NCBI RefSeq assembly: GCF_009914755.1
Contig: NC_060947.1
Strand: one strand, 5' to 3'
DNA length: 64,000 nt
Source of the DNA: the human T2T-CHM13v2.0 reference genome, Homo sapiens
The position numbers and the translations under genes were made by a program. The notes under the pieces are model-generated. The model saw only the letters and a program-made list of their open reading frames with translations, made no database searches and was not told the DNA's origin. Below are positions 15,871 to 31,630 of the stretch, piece by piece; position 1 is the first letter of the stretch, and each line of letters starts with the position of its first letter.

Positions 15871-16567
15871 AGGGCTGCTGCCTTAAAGGAAGTCTTTGTA
15901 AATTATGATAGTTAATCGTTTGTTAGTTGTTCCAGGTATTTCTCTTCTAGACCATTCCTTGCCATGTAATGTTGCTTATGGTTTGAAGCATCAAGCTCGC
16001 ATTTTTGTGTAGTCGAACATGTCAGTCTTTTCTTTGGGCTTCTGGGCATGGCTTCCTTCCAGCAAGGGGCAGATACCAAGAATAACTTGGAGTAGGTGAG
16101 GCAGGTTTTGATGTTAGCAAAACTCAAACCATGACACTCCCCCAAATGGGAGTCTGCCCTCATTGGGCCTAATTGTGCCCTCTGCTGCAGATGCTGGGAT
16201 GGCCTTCTGATGGGATGGCCGGGCTGTGTTGTCAGCACCCGCCCACATGAGACGAGTTTGTAGCTGTGCCTGGTGCCAAGAGCTCTGAGGTGCTACTATG
16301 CCCCCTGGAACCTTTGGGCAAAGCATAGCTAGTCATCAGGCTTGCCTTTCACAGGCAAACAAAATCCATCCTTTCTTCATCCCCCTGCCCTGCCAAAATC
16401 AACCAGTCTCAAATCAATTCACGAAAGGGGGCCAATTTGCCTTTCGGGTGTCTGATCTAACAAGCCTTGGAGCAGCTAGGAAGCTACCAGAAGATGTGTA
16501 TGATCAATGTATTTGTTATTTATTTTATTTTATTTTTTTAAGTTTGGGGAAAGGTAATACTTTTGGT

Positions 16568-17448
<881 letters not shown>

Positions 17449-17749
17449 GAGAGCAGCTTTAAATTACTGTGGACTCTTTGTTGCAAAAGCATCTTCTTGA
17501 ATTTGATAATAAAGCCCTACTCTTCCAGTTTGTCCCTGAGCGCATTCTGCAGGTACCTCCGGTCACCGCTTCTTATCTTTGCTGTTGACCTCAGTTCATT
17601 CCTTTCAGATTCTTCACTCAGGAGAAGTCGTGGAACAGATTCCTGGAGGATTCCAGGCTCTGTAAGGAGGCTTATCTCCTTAGGATGGTTAAATTTTGGA
17701 TTTGCAGTGACTTGTAATCATTGGCTAATATCCTAGTTTCTTCTTCTCT

Positions 17750-18085
17750 TTTTTAATGACAACTTTACTGAGCATACACACAACTCATTCCTCTAAAGTG
17801 TGTAATTCAGGAATTTCCTAGTATTTTTACAAAGTTGCACAACCATCACCACTGTCTAATTTTTGAACATTTTCATCACTCCCAAAGGAGACCCTGTACC
17901 TGTTAAGACATCACTGCCCCTTCCCCTTCTCCCCAGCCCCCCTGGCAACCCTGAATCTGGTTTCTGCCTCTATGGATTTATCTATTCTGGACATTTCATA
18001 GATACAGAATCATGTGATGTGTGACCTTTTGCGCCTGGATTCTTACTTCATATTTCTGAGTTTCATCCATGTTGTAGTATGTGTT
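17750..18085 (-). mobile_element. L1MB-like 3' end
   Basis: caaccatcaccact..aacattttcatcac..ggcaacc..tctatggattt..ctggacatttcata. Confidence 0.75.
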
Positions 18086-18789
18086 GTTCTAGTTTCTTGT
18101 AAATGTTCTGTCAAAACCCCAGGTGATTAAGGAAGGTGGAACAATGTTCTGAGATAAGTCAGCCAGAGACACAGGCTGCTCCTCCCTCCAATTACATTTA
18201 AAATGGAAAATCGTTCACAAATGGAACATTGTTCATAAAATTGTTTATAGTTCAGCTTCTATTCTAGCATGAACGGTAATTTTCTCTTTCGCATTTGCTG
18301 TAGTTCCTCCAAATTTCTCCCACTTTCCTGTACCTAAAGGTCAACGTAGAAAACAATTTTCGTCAGCTAGAGCTGGGCCTGCAGGTCTCTCTTGTGTTGC
18401 ATCTTTTGGGTGGAGTCAGAAGGTCCTTTCTTGGTGTAAGAGTTAGGAAGCTTGCATTTCCCAAAGGGGTTGTGTGGTGTTCCTTCCAGAGCTGAGGTTG
18501 TGGGATTCCAAGCAGCAAGACTTAGGCTGTTTTCTACGGCGTCCCCAAAGTCACAACCCTGACTGATGCAGGAACAGAATCATGAGGTTGTTTACTTTTC
18601 TGAATTTATCAAACCTTTTGTCTGTGTTTGACCAAAATTACTTTTCCCGGGTTGGGTTGGAGAATATGGAGGGTGATTTTCTGAAACCATTCATGGGACA
18701 TGATTTTCTGGGGCATCTGTACCTGCAATGAAGGGCTTACTGATAAGACTGAAGGCCATTGTACTTTACTGGTTGGTGTTATAATTGAT

Positions 18790-19286
18790 CATATTCATTT
18801 CTTGTCCTACTGTGACAAGTGACTGCACATTTACTGGCTTAAACAAAAACTATTATCTTACGGTTCTGAAGGCCAGAAGTCTGAAATGGGTCTCACTGTG
18901 CTAAAATCAAGGTTTAGCAGAGCCACAACTTTCCTGGAAGCTCTAGGGGAGAATTGGCTTCCTTGCCTTTTCCAGCTCCTGGAGACTGGCCGCATTCCTG
19001 AGCTTGTGGCCCCTTCCTCCATCTGCAGAGGAGCAGCGTAGCACCTCTCTGACTGTCCTTCCATAGGCATATCTCTCTGAGACCATAGCTGGGAAAGGCT
19101 GTCCACTTTTCCGGGCTCCTGTGATTACATTGGGCCCATCCGGAAGATCCAGAATAATCCCCACATCTCAAGAGACTTAATTTAATCACATTTGTAAAGT
19201 CCCTTTTACCATATAAGGAAACATATTCTCAGGTCCCAGGGATTCAGGCATGAGCATCTTTGGGGGCCATTATTCTGCCTACTACA
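18790..19286 (-). mobile_element. MLT1C/D MaLR LTR
   Basis: ggccagaagtctgaaatgggtctcact..ctctaggggagaat..gggggccattattctgcctactaca. Confidence 0.85.
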
Positions 19287-19486
19287 TTGTCAGTCTTCAA
19301 GGACAGACTTACTTCCTTTGTTTCTGTCTCTTAATTTGCTCCTCTGAAGCCTGCAAGATTCATAGGCTTATGTAACATTTGTGTTTTGTCTCTCGAATAA
19401 TTGAGAAATCTGGTACTGTTGAGCCATTTGGTTTGTATTGCTCACTCACTGAGTCGATTGATTGGTTGGTTGATTGAGTGATTAAT

Positions 19487-19608
<122 letters not shown>

Positions 19609-20014
19609 TGATTCCCTCTGAATGAGCCAGGATTTGCTTTCCATTTTGGAGAGCCCCTAGATTGCTGAACAGCTCAGAGACACACTTGTGTATTGAGGTC
19701 CTCTTTCCTGCCACTCTTGGTTTTGGACTTTATCAGGGACTCTGCCAGAGCTACTTTTCTGGACTTGGAGTCTCAGAGTCTGTGTCAGCTGTGGGTAAGG
19801 AATGAGACCACCATGAAGCAAGCAGAGGTAGCGGGTGGGGCCTGGCTTCCAGGACTTTGCAGATGCTGTGTGTGGATTTCTGGGGCCTGAATCAAGAGCC
19901 CCTGGGTTTGTGGCTTCACAGAATGGTGGAGGAAGACTGGTGGAGTTAAGGGACAGAAGACTCAACAATAATTAGCTTGTTAATCAGCATTTTGGCTCAA
20001 AAATAGTTTGGGAG

Positions 20015-20450
20015 TATACTGGTCAGCTTTCTGCCATGCTAATGTTGCATAACAAACAGCCCCCAAATTCAGAGGCTTAAATCATTTCTTTCTTGCTCAC
20101 TAGTCATGGTTAGCTGTGTCTCTCCTGGGCTTATATGGGAATAGGAAGGCCTGGTCAGGTTCTGGGCTAGGCTTAGGGTTGAAATGATGTGTCTCCTCAT
20201 CAGGGGACCCTGGGGCATGTTGTTTGTGCCTCTCCCATCAGGTATAGGAAGCCAAGATAAATCATGCAGGCACATTTAAAGTCTCTGTTTGTCACTACCC
20301 CTAACATCCCATTGACCAAAACAAGTCCCATGGTGAGGTCCAGCCTCCACGGGTTGGGGAGGGCTATTCTAGTCTGAAAGCCCTGAAAAGTCACATGGCA
20401 AAGGGAGCAGCCATAGACTTCCACTATGGGAGGATGGAAGAGTTAGCATT
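20015..20450 (-). mobile_element. Old MLT1 (K/L-like) MaLR LTR
   Basis: gcataacaaacagcccccaaattcagaggctta..aacatcccattgaccaaaacaagtcccatgg..gtcacatggcaaaggg. Confidence 0.6.
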
Positions 20451-20580
20451 GCAGTGCCTCTGCCATGTTTGTGGGTGGAAGGGAAGGTGATCCCTGTGGA
20501 AGAGACTGTGGATACATCCAGTCATACCCTAGAAAATCAGCTCTATAGGTGGATTTTTGAAGCACTGTGTGCTTGTTATC

Positions 20581-20887
<307 letters not shown>

Positions 20888-20929
20888 AGGGTGCTTGTTA
20901 AACCTGCAGCTTCCTTGATTCCATCTTAG

Positions 20930-21150
20930 AGCCCTGTTCTCACCTGAGGAGAGGGGATTGTGCCCCTTGGGGAACATTTGACAATGTCGGGAAACACTTT
21001 TGCGTTTCACAGCTGGGTGGGGGTTGCTCCTGGCATCTTGTGGGCAGACCCCAGGGGTTCCACTAAGCACTGTAATGTGCACAGGACAGCCCCCCTCAAA
21101 GAATTATCTGGCCCAACAAATGTCAGTTGTGCTGAGGCCAAGAAACCCTG
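20930..21150 (+). mobile_element. MER20, flanked by MER5-like remnants
   Basis: acatttgacaatgtc..tggcatcttgtggg..gcacaggacagcccc..aagaaaccctg. Confidence 0.8.
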
Positions 21151-21596
21151 CACAAACAGGCAATTTTAGGTGATTTTCATGCACTTTATAGTTTGAGAAC
21201 CATGTCTTGCAAGACTGTTCCAACTGGGAAGGGGAATTGGTGATTCTTTCCATATAAGTAGACACGGACACATCTAGGAAGGAAGGTTTGATATCTCGCA
21301 GATAGTTGTGTGGAGAGGCGAATTCAAACCCAAGGGTCTTAGTTAGATCTATTACTTCTGTAATTAAAAAATATGTTCTGCTCATATTGTATTAATTCTT
21401 TGTTGTATTAAGTATTTACTCTTGCTGTTTATTAGTAGCTTAATAAATGGACCGTTTATTTGGTGTGGGAAGAAATCTATGTTTTATTAGATTTCTATTA
21501 TGAGCTTATTTTTTTTCTAAGTGGCCTTTTGCCAGCTGTTTCTTCTGTCCTGTTATTCCTGCTCACCAGCAAGATTATAAATTCTTAAAAAATTTG

Positions 21597-22198
<602 letters not shown>

Positions 22199-23452
22199 TA
22201 ATGATCAGTCAGTTGCTAATGGTATCAATTGCAATGTGAGTTGCGCTCTGTGGTTAAAGACTCATTTATGAGGTATCCGTGGACCAGCCTTTTATACTTT
22301 GCTATAAATCCTGTTTCTAGGCTTTTGGGGCTGAATGGTTGGCATATTGATGCTCGGTTTCTGTGTGGCAATTAGGAGAAAAGGTCCTTGTCACTGGCAA
22401 GCTGACAGCCTCCTTTCTTCTCCTACCCTCAAGTTGTTTTGGTGATTGAAATGTTTCAGATATTAAAAAAAAATCAAGAATTGCTTGCTGATAGGACAAC
22501 AGAAGTACAGTTCAGGGAGTTAAAGCTTCTCCATTCCCCACCTCAATTGTACACAGCAAGCATGGACAGATTTCCTTGTAGAAAGCATGCAAGCAGCATT
22601 TCTATGGAGGATGCTGTGTCACCTGAAATTTGCTATGCTCAGATCAGCCAAGTATTGCCTCTGGGGGCTACCAGCAAGTTATAGAAATAACTTTGTTATG
22701 AAATACTTCTTTAAGGGGGTGTTAGTATTGATTCACTGAAGTGGTTCTCCTTGTGTACATGGAGTAGTTGTGAGACGAAGGCTTCTTTTCTTCCTGGCTC
22801 CCCATGTGGGAAGGACGCTTAGTGGTTTGTGGGATGCAGGGAGAGGAACAGAGTCCATCCTTCAGTTGCTCTTTTTACTAATTTATTAACTTGCCTCTCA
22901 TCCCCTTGGCTGTTAAGACACTAAGCTGGTGTGTCTGACAAGCAGATGACCTAAAAATTCACGCGTAGTAAAAGGGAAGATGAAAATAGAAGTATATGAA
23001 CTAAATTAGGAGGAGGACTTGGCTTCATTAAAAAAATGAGAAAGCCATGTTGTGCTTTTTTTAACTGCCACTTTTCCAAGTGCAGGACTAACAGTTTCAG
23101 ATGTCATTATGCTACCAGTCTTGGTAATTTCTAATCATGTTTTGTCTAAAGAATATTTACATTAAAATGAGCCAGCCTCTTTAAAGTCACATTTTAGTAG
23201 TGAGAAAACCAATGTCCGTTTTTGGAAAGGGAGCCCTTACCTCAGCTGGTGTGAGCGTTTTGTGGAGGTCTGCGGTGTTTGTGACTTGTGCCAGAGGCCT
23301 TGAGCTAGAGGCAACATAAGAAGGAATCAAACTTCCCTTTCTGTTCGGTATGCCTCTGTACCAAGACGTTTTGTTGATTGATTCATGGCACGGTGATACA
23401 GGGTGCATGGTATCAGATGCAGGGAGTGGAATATTGTTGAGATTGGGGCTAG

Positions 23453-23454
<2 letters not shown>

Positions 23455-23485
<31 letters not shown>
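23455..23485. repeat. (GT)n microsatellite
   Basis: About 15 GT units. Confidence 0.95.
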
Positions 23486-23487
<2 letters not shown>

Positions 23488-24072
23488 GTGTAGGGGAGGA
23501 AGGAATGGAAGGATGAAACCATTTGGGAATGTGCTAGAAGACATGCTTTTGAGGACAAGCAATGCGATTTTGGCATTGGCTGGGTTTCTGAGCCAGTGAT
23601 GAATGTAGTGCATTGCTATGTGACTGGGAGTGTGATAGAGAGATATTCCGCTGGTTATTTCCCTCCACCTGCTTCTTATCAGTGCCATAGGGCAGAGTCT
23701 CAATTCCACTTGCCAGAATGCTTTCTAGGAACTCTTTATGCTCAATGGAGGTGATGTTTTCCCACTTGCTATGCTGTGCCTTAGGGAACAGGAACTGGTA
23801 TTATCACATAAGCAATCTCTAAGTCCCTTGGAAGATTGTCTCATTCATCAAGAGGGAGAGGATTCTGATTTTCCTGCCTGGCTCCTCCAGGAAGTCTAAC
23901 TTCTTGCAGGGGACCTGTTCTCTCGGCCCACTTGTACAGCATGTATAAAAGGAAATGAAGACTTTTGGGGATTTGTTGATTCACTTGTTTGGAAATTGGG
24001 GTTATGTAAGCCCAATTTGAGTTCCAGGACTCATCTATGATTGCCTGGATTAAATCAAAGGACACCCATGTA

Positions 24073-24397
24073 GGCTGGACGTGATGGCTCATGCCTATAA
24101 CCCAAGCACTTTGGGAAGCTGAGGCGGGCGGATTGCTTGGACCCGTGAGTTGGAGACCAGCCTGGGCAAGATGGTGACATTCCATCTCTACTAAAAATAC
24201 AGAAAATTAGCCAGGCGTGGTGGTATGTTCCTGGTCCCAGCTACTTGGGAGGCTGGGGTGGGAGGATCACCTGAACCTGGGAAGTCGAGGCTGCAGTGAG
24301 CTGATATCCTGAGATCATGCCACTGCACTTCAGCCTGGGCAACTGGAGTGAGATCTTGTCTCAAAAACAAAACAAAACAAAAAAAACCAAAAAACAA
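24073..24397 (+). mobile_element. AluJ
   Basis: Dimeric Alu with (AAAAC)n tail. Confidence 0.88.
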
Positions 24398-25076
24398 CCT
24401 GCGTAATTGTAGATTTTTGTTGTTGTTTGATATACTGTCTCTTTTCCTGGAAAGAACCCTCTCGTGGGAACAGAAATGTTGAATTTAGTCCTGATGCTGT
24501 CCCTAACCACCCCGTGACACTGGTCCCAGGAAAATATAGGAATTGTCTCTCTTTTTCTGTCATCTCAGAGCTTGAGACAAATGTTCTCTGAGGTTGTTTT
24601 AGCACCACACTGTGATTCATCTTCGAGACTGTTCACAGCCCTTGATCTGAATTGATGGAGCTGTGGGGGATCATACCGCCACTGCCAGTGCTGAGAGCTG
24701 CATGTGGTGCGGTCCAGTGGCTACAGCGTTGTCTTTGGGATCTTCACTTGGCACCACAGCGGATTTGTATAATTATTATGTTGACTGGAACTTAGAGTGA
24801 CTCAACTGCCTTGAACAGGAACCAAGAAAGAGAGGAACCAAATTCCAGAAGAGAATTTGCCAGAACATTCCAGCATATTCCATACTCTAGGGTTGTCTTA
24901 TAGGGTCTGAGGGTACTTCTTGGTTATCTACTCATGTGCGTCTGACATAATTAAAGGCCGACTTAGACCCTATCAGAGAAAATCAAGTTCAGACACTTAG
25001 TCTAAATGGAAGTAAGGAAAACGATTACCTTTATCTCATTATCTTAGTTCTCTTTGGAAGATATATAAGCTTGAAC

Positions 25077-25127
25077 CATGGTGACAGGTGTTGCCTTTAA
25101 ACATGGTGACAGGTGTTTTCCTTTAAA
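25077..25127. repeat. Tandem duplication of 25/26 bp
   Basis: catggtgacaggtgttgcctttaaa followed by catggtgacaggtgttttcctttaaa. Confidence 0.92.
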
Positions 25128-26049
25128 GTCCTTGGCAAATCAACTCATAGACTTCTTCAACTTCAAAAAAAAAGTTTTTTTAAAAAATATTTTAAAAATA
25201 TTTAACTTGAGGATCTTCATTGAAAATTGGTCATCTTTCGTGAATTTGCTTAAGTAGGCTTTGATCTCTTTTTAAAGGATTCCTTCCTGCCTGATACATT
25301 TGGTCCTTTTAGAATTCGGGCTAGAACAATTCTCCATGAAGGTGGACGTGTTAAAATCTATTTGGTTCATTGTTAGGATCACTCACATTACAAGAGAAAT
25401 TTCGGTCTTGAGTTTTTGTTTTTGCTTATTTGCTTTCTTGGAAATGTTTCCACATCAGGTCTTAGAGGAGTTGTAAAACAGGAAGGAGGAGTTGACATGC
25501 TGTTTCATAACCAATGCTTGCTTCTCGCCTTGGATACTAACATTTTTTCCATCCATTTCCCACATAAAACATGGAGACAAACACCAGAGCTGCTCCTGAG
25601 AGGTGCTGAGTCATAGGAATTGAAGGGGGCTGTTGGGCCCTCGTGTGTGGGATGGGCTCAAGAGCTATCAGTCTACAGAGGGAAAGGTTCATCTCTGTCC
25701 CTCATTGCCTGCAGTTTCTCTTTGGCCCTGGCTTTTTCCGTTCACAGCTGCCCTCGACGTTCATTTTAATCAAATTTCACCTGCATAAAAGGGCTATGGG
25801 CAGAGAGTCTTCTCTGTGATGGAGCGCAGCTATCCTACAAGTATGTAGCCCTGATTTAGTAGAGAAGAGGCAGGAATTGTCGAGGGCGGAGGAGCAGGAG
25901 AAATGGTGCACAAGGGAGAGGGGATAATGACAGGTCATTCAGGGATGTCTACGGAATGTGAAAATGCAGCAAGATGGGTTTCGGTTTCTTTTTTTTTAGG
26001 TCCGACAGAGATTCCTGGGATAGCTGCATCTTCATGTTGTACACGCATA

Positions 26050-26630
26050 CACTTGATTCCCATTATTCACTGGAGCTATGTTCTGTAAAGTCGCTGAGAC
26101 TTTATAGAAAGCATCACCCCAGGGAAAATACACAGTGAGGCTTCTGCGAACCTCTGGTCACAATGTTGTTGTCAAGCAGTCAGTGCATAACTTTGTTGTA
26201 TGTATTTCTATTGTGTGTTCCTGTTGGTTCCTTTACATTGCACTCACGCCAACAGCACTGTGACTCACGCCTGGCCGAACCTCATCTAACGCACGTATTT
26301 TCCCCATAAGACGCATCCCAGCCTTGTGCTTCAGGACATGAGACAGCACTGCAGCATCTGGGGGCCATTTTAAGCAGCAAAGTCACCCAGAAACTACAAC
26401 ATTTCAAAAAACTGGCACTGTGAATAGACTGCGAAAAGGACACTTGTTTACGGAGTGAGAGCCTTGTTCACCCTCAGCTGGGAACATGTGCATTTGGTGA
26501 CACAGCCACACGCTGCATGTTTGAGAATGACCATGAAAGCGCTGCAGGTACTGATTTTGGAGCTACAAATAAATGTTAGCCAATAGGCAAATTCACAGAC
26601 ACGGAATCCGTAAATAACAAGGCTTGGCTG
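26050..26630. mobile_element. MER82 (TcMar-Tigger MITE)
   Basis: Begins ta|cacttgattcccattattc; internal gcgaaaaggacacttgtttac and ctcagctgggaac; ends ggaatccgtaaataac..ctg. Confidence 0.85.
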
Positions 26631-27719
26631 TGTGTGTATACATAGTGTAGTGTTGATAGTGTGTATACACAATACACATTGATATTTTGGGAGAGATTTT
26701 GAAGAAGTCACCATGAAAGCCAGTGTGTCCGTTTGGCCCTCTGGAAAGCGTGCGGTGAGGAGGAGTCAGGGTACAAGTGTTTAAATTGGGGACATGGCCT
26801 GAGGAGATGAAAGAGAGGTGGGGACTGAGTAGGGAAAGCTCCACACCACAATGCATAACTGATAAGGTTTTGGCCAACAAGCCAGAGAACCCTAGAGCAA
26901 AGAGTGCCCCTTGCTTACAGCCAGAGGGCCTTGCTCAGTGAATATAGGGGGCTAGGAGTGGGGAGGCATCTCCAAAGGAGCATCGTGGATTTGCAACTCT
27001 GTCTTTCTGGAAAGGATATGAGAGTCTTGCCCTCTCCCCCAGGGCTGACACAGTTGTAAACCAAACTTTTGACTTCAGTTGTACATATCAATTATTTTGC
27101 ACCCACATTAGATTGAACCAAATGACACTGGCTCTTTTAAATTAAAAGTGGTCAAATGCTGGCAGCCTCTTAGGGTTCAATTCAATGGAATCTTTTAAAG
27201 GTGCAATAATGCTGTTTGAAATGAGGAGAACGCCTGTGTTTTGTTTGCTGAGAGAAATCCACTATCTCTCATCCAGAAGATGATTAGACCCATAATGGAA
27301 GCCAGTCAGTGGCATGAGGAATCATGGAGATGATTCTCACCTGGTTGATTGGATCAGACGTTCCTAGCCCGAATGAGGGTGGAAAGGGAACCAAGAGATG
27401 AAGTGGATTGTTGGGTTTATGAGAGGACGGTGGTTGTCTGTCTATAGTTAAGGTTGTTTAAACTCATGACCATGAGAATGAGCTTTTTCTGGATAACTCT
27501 TTCCTTTTCCTTCTGATTTTTGAGAGTGCTGAAAACTCAAGTCCTGTATTTAAAAATTCCATCGTTGAAAACATGTTTCAAGGACAGATGACACACTTAT
27601 GATTATAGCATCTGAAGTGATGGGAATATTAAATAACCTTTGGTTGGACATGTAACCATCAGGGCTCCACTTGGTCTTAAAACCAAACACACACAGTTCT
27701 TGTCGTTAAAGATATCCAT

Positions 27720-28026
27720 GGCCTGGCACAGTGGCTCACGCCTGTAATCCTAACACTTTGGAAAGCCGAGGCGAGGGGTTAACTTGAGCCCAGGGGTTTG
27801 AGACCAGCCTGGGCAACATGGTGAAACCTTGTCTCTACAAAAAATACAAAAATTAGCTGGGTGTGGTGTTGTGTGCCTGTAGTCCCAGCTACTAGGGAGG
27901 CTGAGGCAGGAAAATCACCTGAACCCAGGAGGTGGAGGTTGCAGTCAGGCACCATCCTGCGATTGCACTCCAGCCTGGGAGACACAGCCAGACTCCATCT
28001 CAAAAAAAAAAAAAAAAAAAAAAAAA
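27720..28026 (+). mobile_element. Alu (S/J)
   Basis: Dimeric Alu with A25 tail. Confidence 0.9.
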
Positions 28027-28280
28027 GACTTACACAGAGAAAGCCTGAAGCCCACAAGAGCAATTAGCAAAAGGAACCCTGACATAACAAATACGGTGGT
28101 GTCATTAGCAACCAGGTAGTTAAGCTCAGGGGTTGCTATGTGTCATAAACTTGAAAGCTACATTGGCCACGAGTAACACAAATGTAGGTGCTAATCACAG
28201 ATAGTTGGTGGGCATTTCAAACTTTCTCTTCATATCTATGGATACCCAAAACAGTGTGCTTCCATTTAGAAGGCTTCCAT

Positions 28281-28333
28281 TGGGAGGCTGAGACAGGAGG
28301 ATTGCTTGAGTCCAGGAGATCGAGATTAGCGTG
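28281..28333 (+). mobile_element. 53-bp internal Alu fragment
   Basis: tgggaggctgagacaggaggattgcttgagtccaggagatcgagattagcgtg; no Alu ends, tail or TSD. Confidence 0.85.
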
Positions 28334-28513
28334 TTCCTCCCTCCCTCCCTCCCTCCCTCCCTCCCTCCCTCTCTCTCTCTCTCCCTCCCTCTCTCCGTCT
28401 CTTCCTCCCTCCCTCTCGTTTCTTTCTTTTTTCTTTTCTTTCTCTCTCTCTCTGTCTCCCTCTCTCTCCCTCTCCCTCCCTCCCTCCCCTCCTTCCTCCT
28501 CCTCTCTTTCTTT
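28334..28513. repeat. Polypyrimidine (TCCC)n/(CT)n/(CTTT)n compound repeat
   Basis: About 180 bp almost entirely C/T, forming the tail of the adjacent monomer. Confidence 0.95.
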
Positions 28514-28634
28514 TGAGGTGGGGTCTCGCTAAGTTTCCCAGGCTGGTCTGGAACTCCTGGGCTCAAGTGATCCTCCTGCCCCAGCCTCCCAAAGTGCTGG
28601 GATTACAAGCATGCATGAGCCACTATGCCAGGGC
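28513..28634 (-). mobile_element. FLAM_C / Alu left monomer
   Basis: gaggtggggtctcgct..ctcaagtgatcctcc..cccaaagtgctggg. Confidence 0.8.
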
Positions 28635-30292
28635 TATTTTCCCTTTCCTGCTATTTCCTCCCAGCTAACGCGCTTTTAAAATTTGATACAAATTAATTTT
28701 TCTTTTTTTGTCTTTTGTTCAAATAATGATTTGATTTCTGTTCTCTGTCTGGGTCGCTTCAATAACATGGATACCTACACATAGTTTTATCAGTAAAGGT
28801 CATTGACATAATCAGTGTGTTGTGAGAACAAAGATAGGCCCTCATTTAAGCTGCTCCATTACTCATTTTATAAGTCAAAGAAGGAAGGGGACAGCGTCCT
28901 CTGTTTTCAGATGGCTATTGAAGTGAGTCAGAGTGACGGTGAGCAGCATGCATTGAATTCTAGCTGGAAAGAGGGTTTTTAGGCCTGCGTTTGAGCTTGC
29001 CCTGAATGAATAAGGCTGGAAACCTATAGGCCCTGGAGAACATTAATGAGGAATCTGCTTTCCCTGACAGCTCCTTGATAAACGAAATGATGGATGTGCA
29101 GCGTGCAGCCCTGAGCAAAGGCCTGGCAGCTCTGTGGCTGAGCCCTAGAGGGCTGAGCTGGGCCAGGGCTCCCAGTAGTTTGTTCAGGAGCACTGAGAGC
29201 CACAGCAGGTGCTGATCCAGCTCTTGCCTTCTTCGCGAGTATCTGACAAGTCTGCAGAGACCGCAGGAGGCTGGCTACTCCTTGAGTTCACTGTCTTGGA
29301 GCAAGCCTGTGGGGGAATCACATGCCCCCCCACTCTAGTGCCCATTGGGGACATGGAGGAGGGAGTTTCCCTATTTGCAGTTAGGTTTTGCGTGCTGTCC
29401 GCGAGCTTGGTTTCCCCTTTGGGTTGCACAGTGCTGAGATCTGAGCCCAAGGCAGTTGGGACATTAATGATGAGACAGAGGAGGCTTTGCTGTGTTCCAC
29501 ATCTATCAGGCTGCTTTGCCCAGGGAGACGCCCCCCTTGCTTGGGGTCTTGGGCTTGGGTAGGGGTTCTGGAATGTCTCCCCTCCAGCAGGCTCTGCCTC
29601 CTTGGCTTCCTTGATTCAGAGAGCAGTGCAGTGGCTTTGTTGAGGAGCAGCCCCTGTGGAGGCGCTCATGGGTGACAGGCTGTGGCTGAATAGTGGACAG
29701 CCCTGGTCACTGACATTAACATGGTGCAATAGAGCCTTCTTATGTGTTCCTTGGTTCCCACTGCCCTTTCATGGTCGGGTGTCCTGATTGTCTGTGGCTA
29801 GACTATGCCAACGTGATCAGTGTCCTTCCCAGAACCCCTGAAAGAGGGTCATAGATTGAGATGTCTGTCACCACCCCTGTCCATTGCAGAGTCACATACA
29901 TGCTAGAGACCAGCTCGCCCTTGATGCGACCTGAGGACCTCGCCCGCTAGTCATTACAGGGAGGGGAAAGACAATAAAAAGATGAAAGAGAGTGCTGTCC
30001 CTGGTAATGGAAGTTACTCATCATTGTACCAGTGGGCAGCCACATAGGGATAGGTCGGAAGAGAAAGGGGAAAGAGTGAATAAAAAACGCTGATGTTTGT
30101 GAGGCCGAGAGAGGAACAGAACTATTACTGCTGGTCAAGGGGGCCATCCACTTAAAATGTTCACATCCTGTTTCAGCCACAAGCTGGCCAAGATCATCAC
30201 ATAAAGGGACAAACGTTGGCCCCAGAAAGAACGCATGGTCATCTTGAGTCAAGGCTGTCTCATTTGATGTCAGAATTCTTAAGAGCTGCTCT

Positions 30293-30590
<298 letters not shown>

Positions 30591-30601
30591 GAACTGCTCT
30601 T

Positions 30602-31212
<611 letters not shown>

Positions 31213-31409
31213 CTACTCTCCAAACAGAACCTGCACCTACCCAATTGTGGTGGGTGCCCCTCCTGGGGCTCCTGCAGTAGCGGTGGTGTGGGAATTGAGA
31301 ATCTTGCAAGTGCTATGAGGGAGCTGAGACACTGAGTGTGGCAGGGCCATGTGCCCAGAGCATGCACAACCCATCCTAACGTCTGCCGGGGAAGGTGGGG
31401 GATTTCTGT

Positions 31410-31630
31410 GCATTGCTTTTCAACCAGAAAGGTAATTTTTGTTCCCCAGGGGACACTCGGCAATGTCTGGAGACAGTTTTGGTTGTGACACTGGGTTAAG
31501 GAGTGCTACTGTCATCTAATGGATGGAGAGCAGGGATACTGCTGAACATCCCACAGTGCACAGGGCGGCCTCACAACAACCAAGACCACCTGGCCTCAAA
31601 TGTCAGTAGGGCTAACATCCAGAAGCTCTG
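31410..31630 (+). mobile_element. MER20
   Basis: ccccaggggacactcggcaatgtctggagacagttttggttgtgac..cccacagtgcacagg..aaatgtcagtag. Confidence 0.85.
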
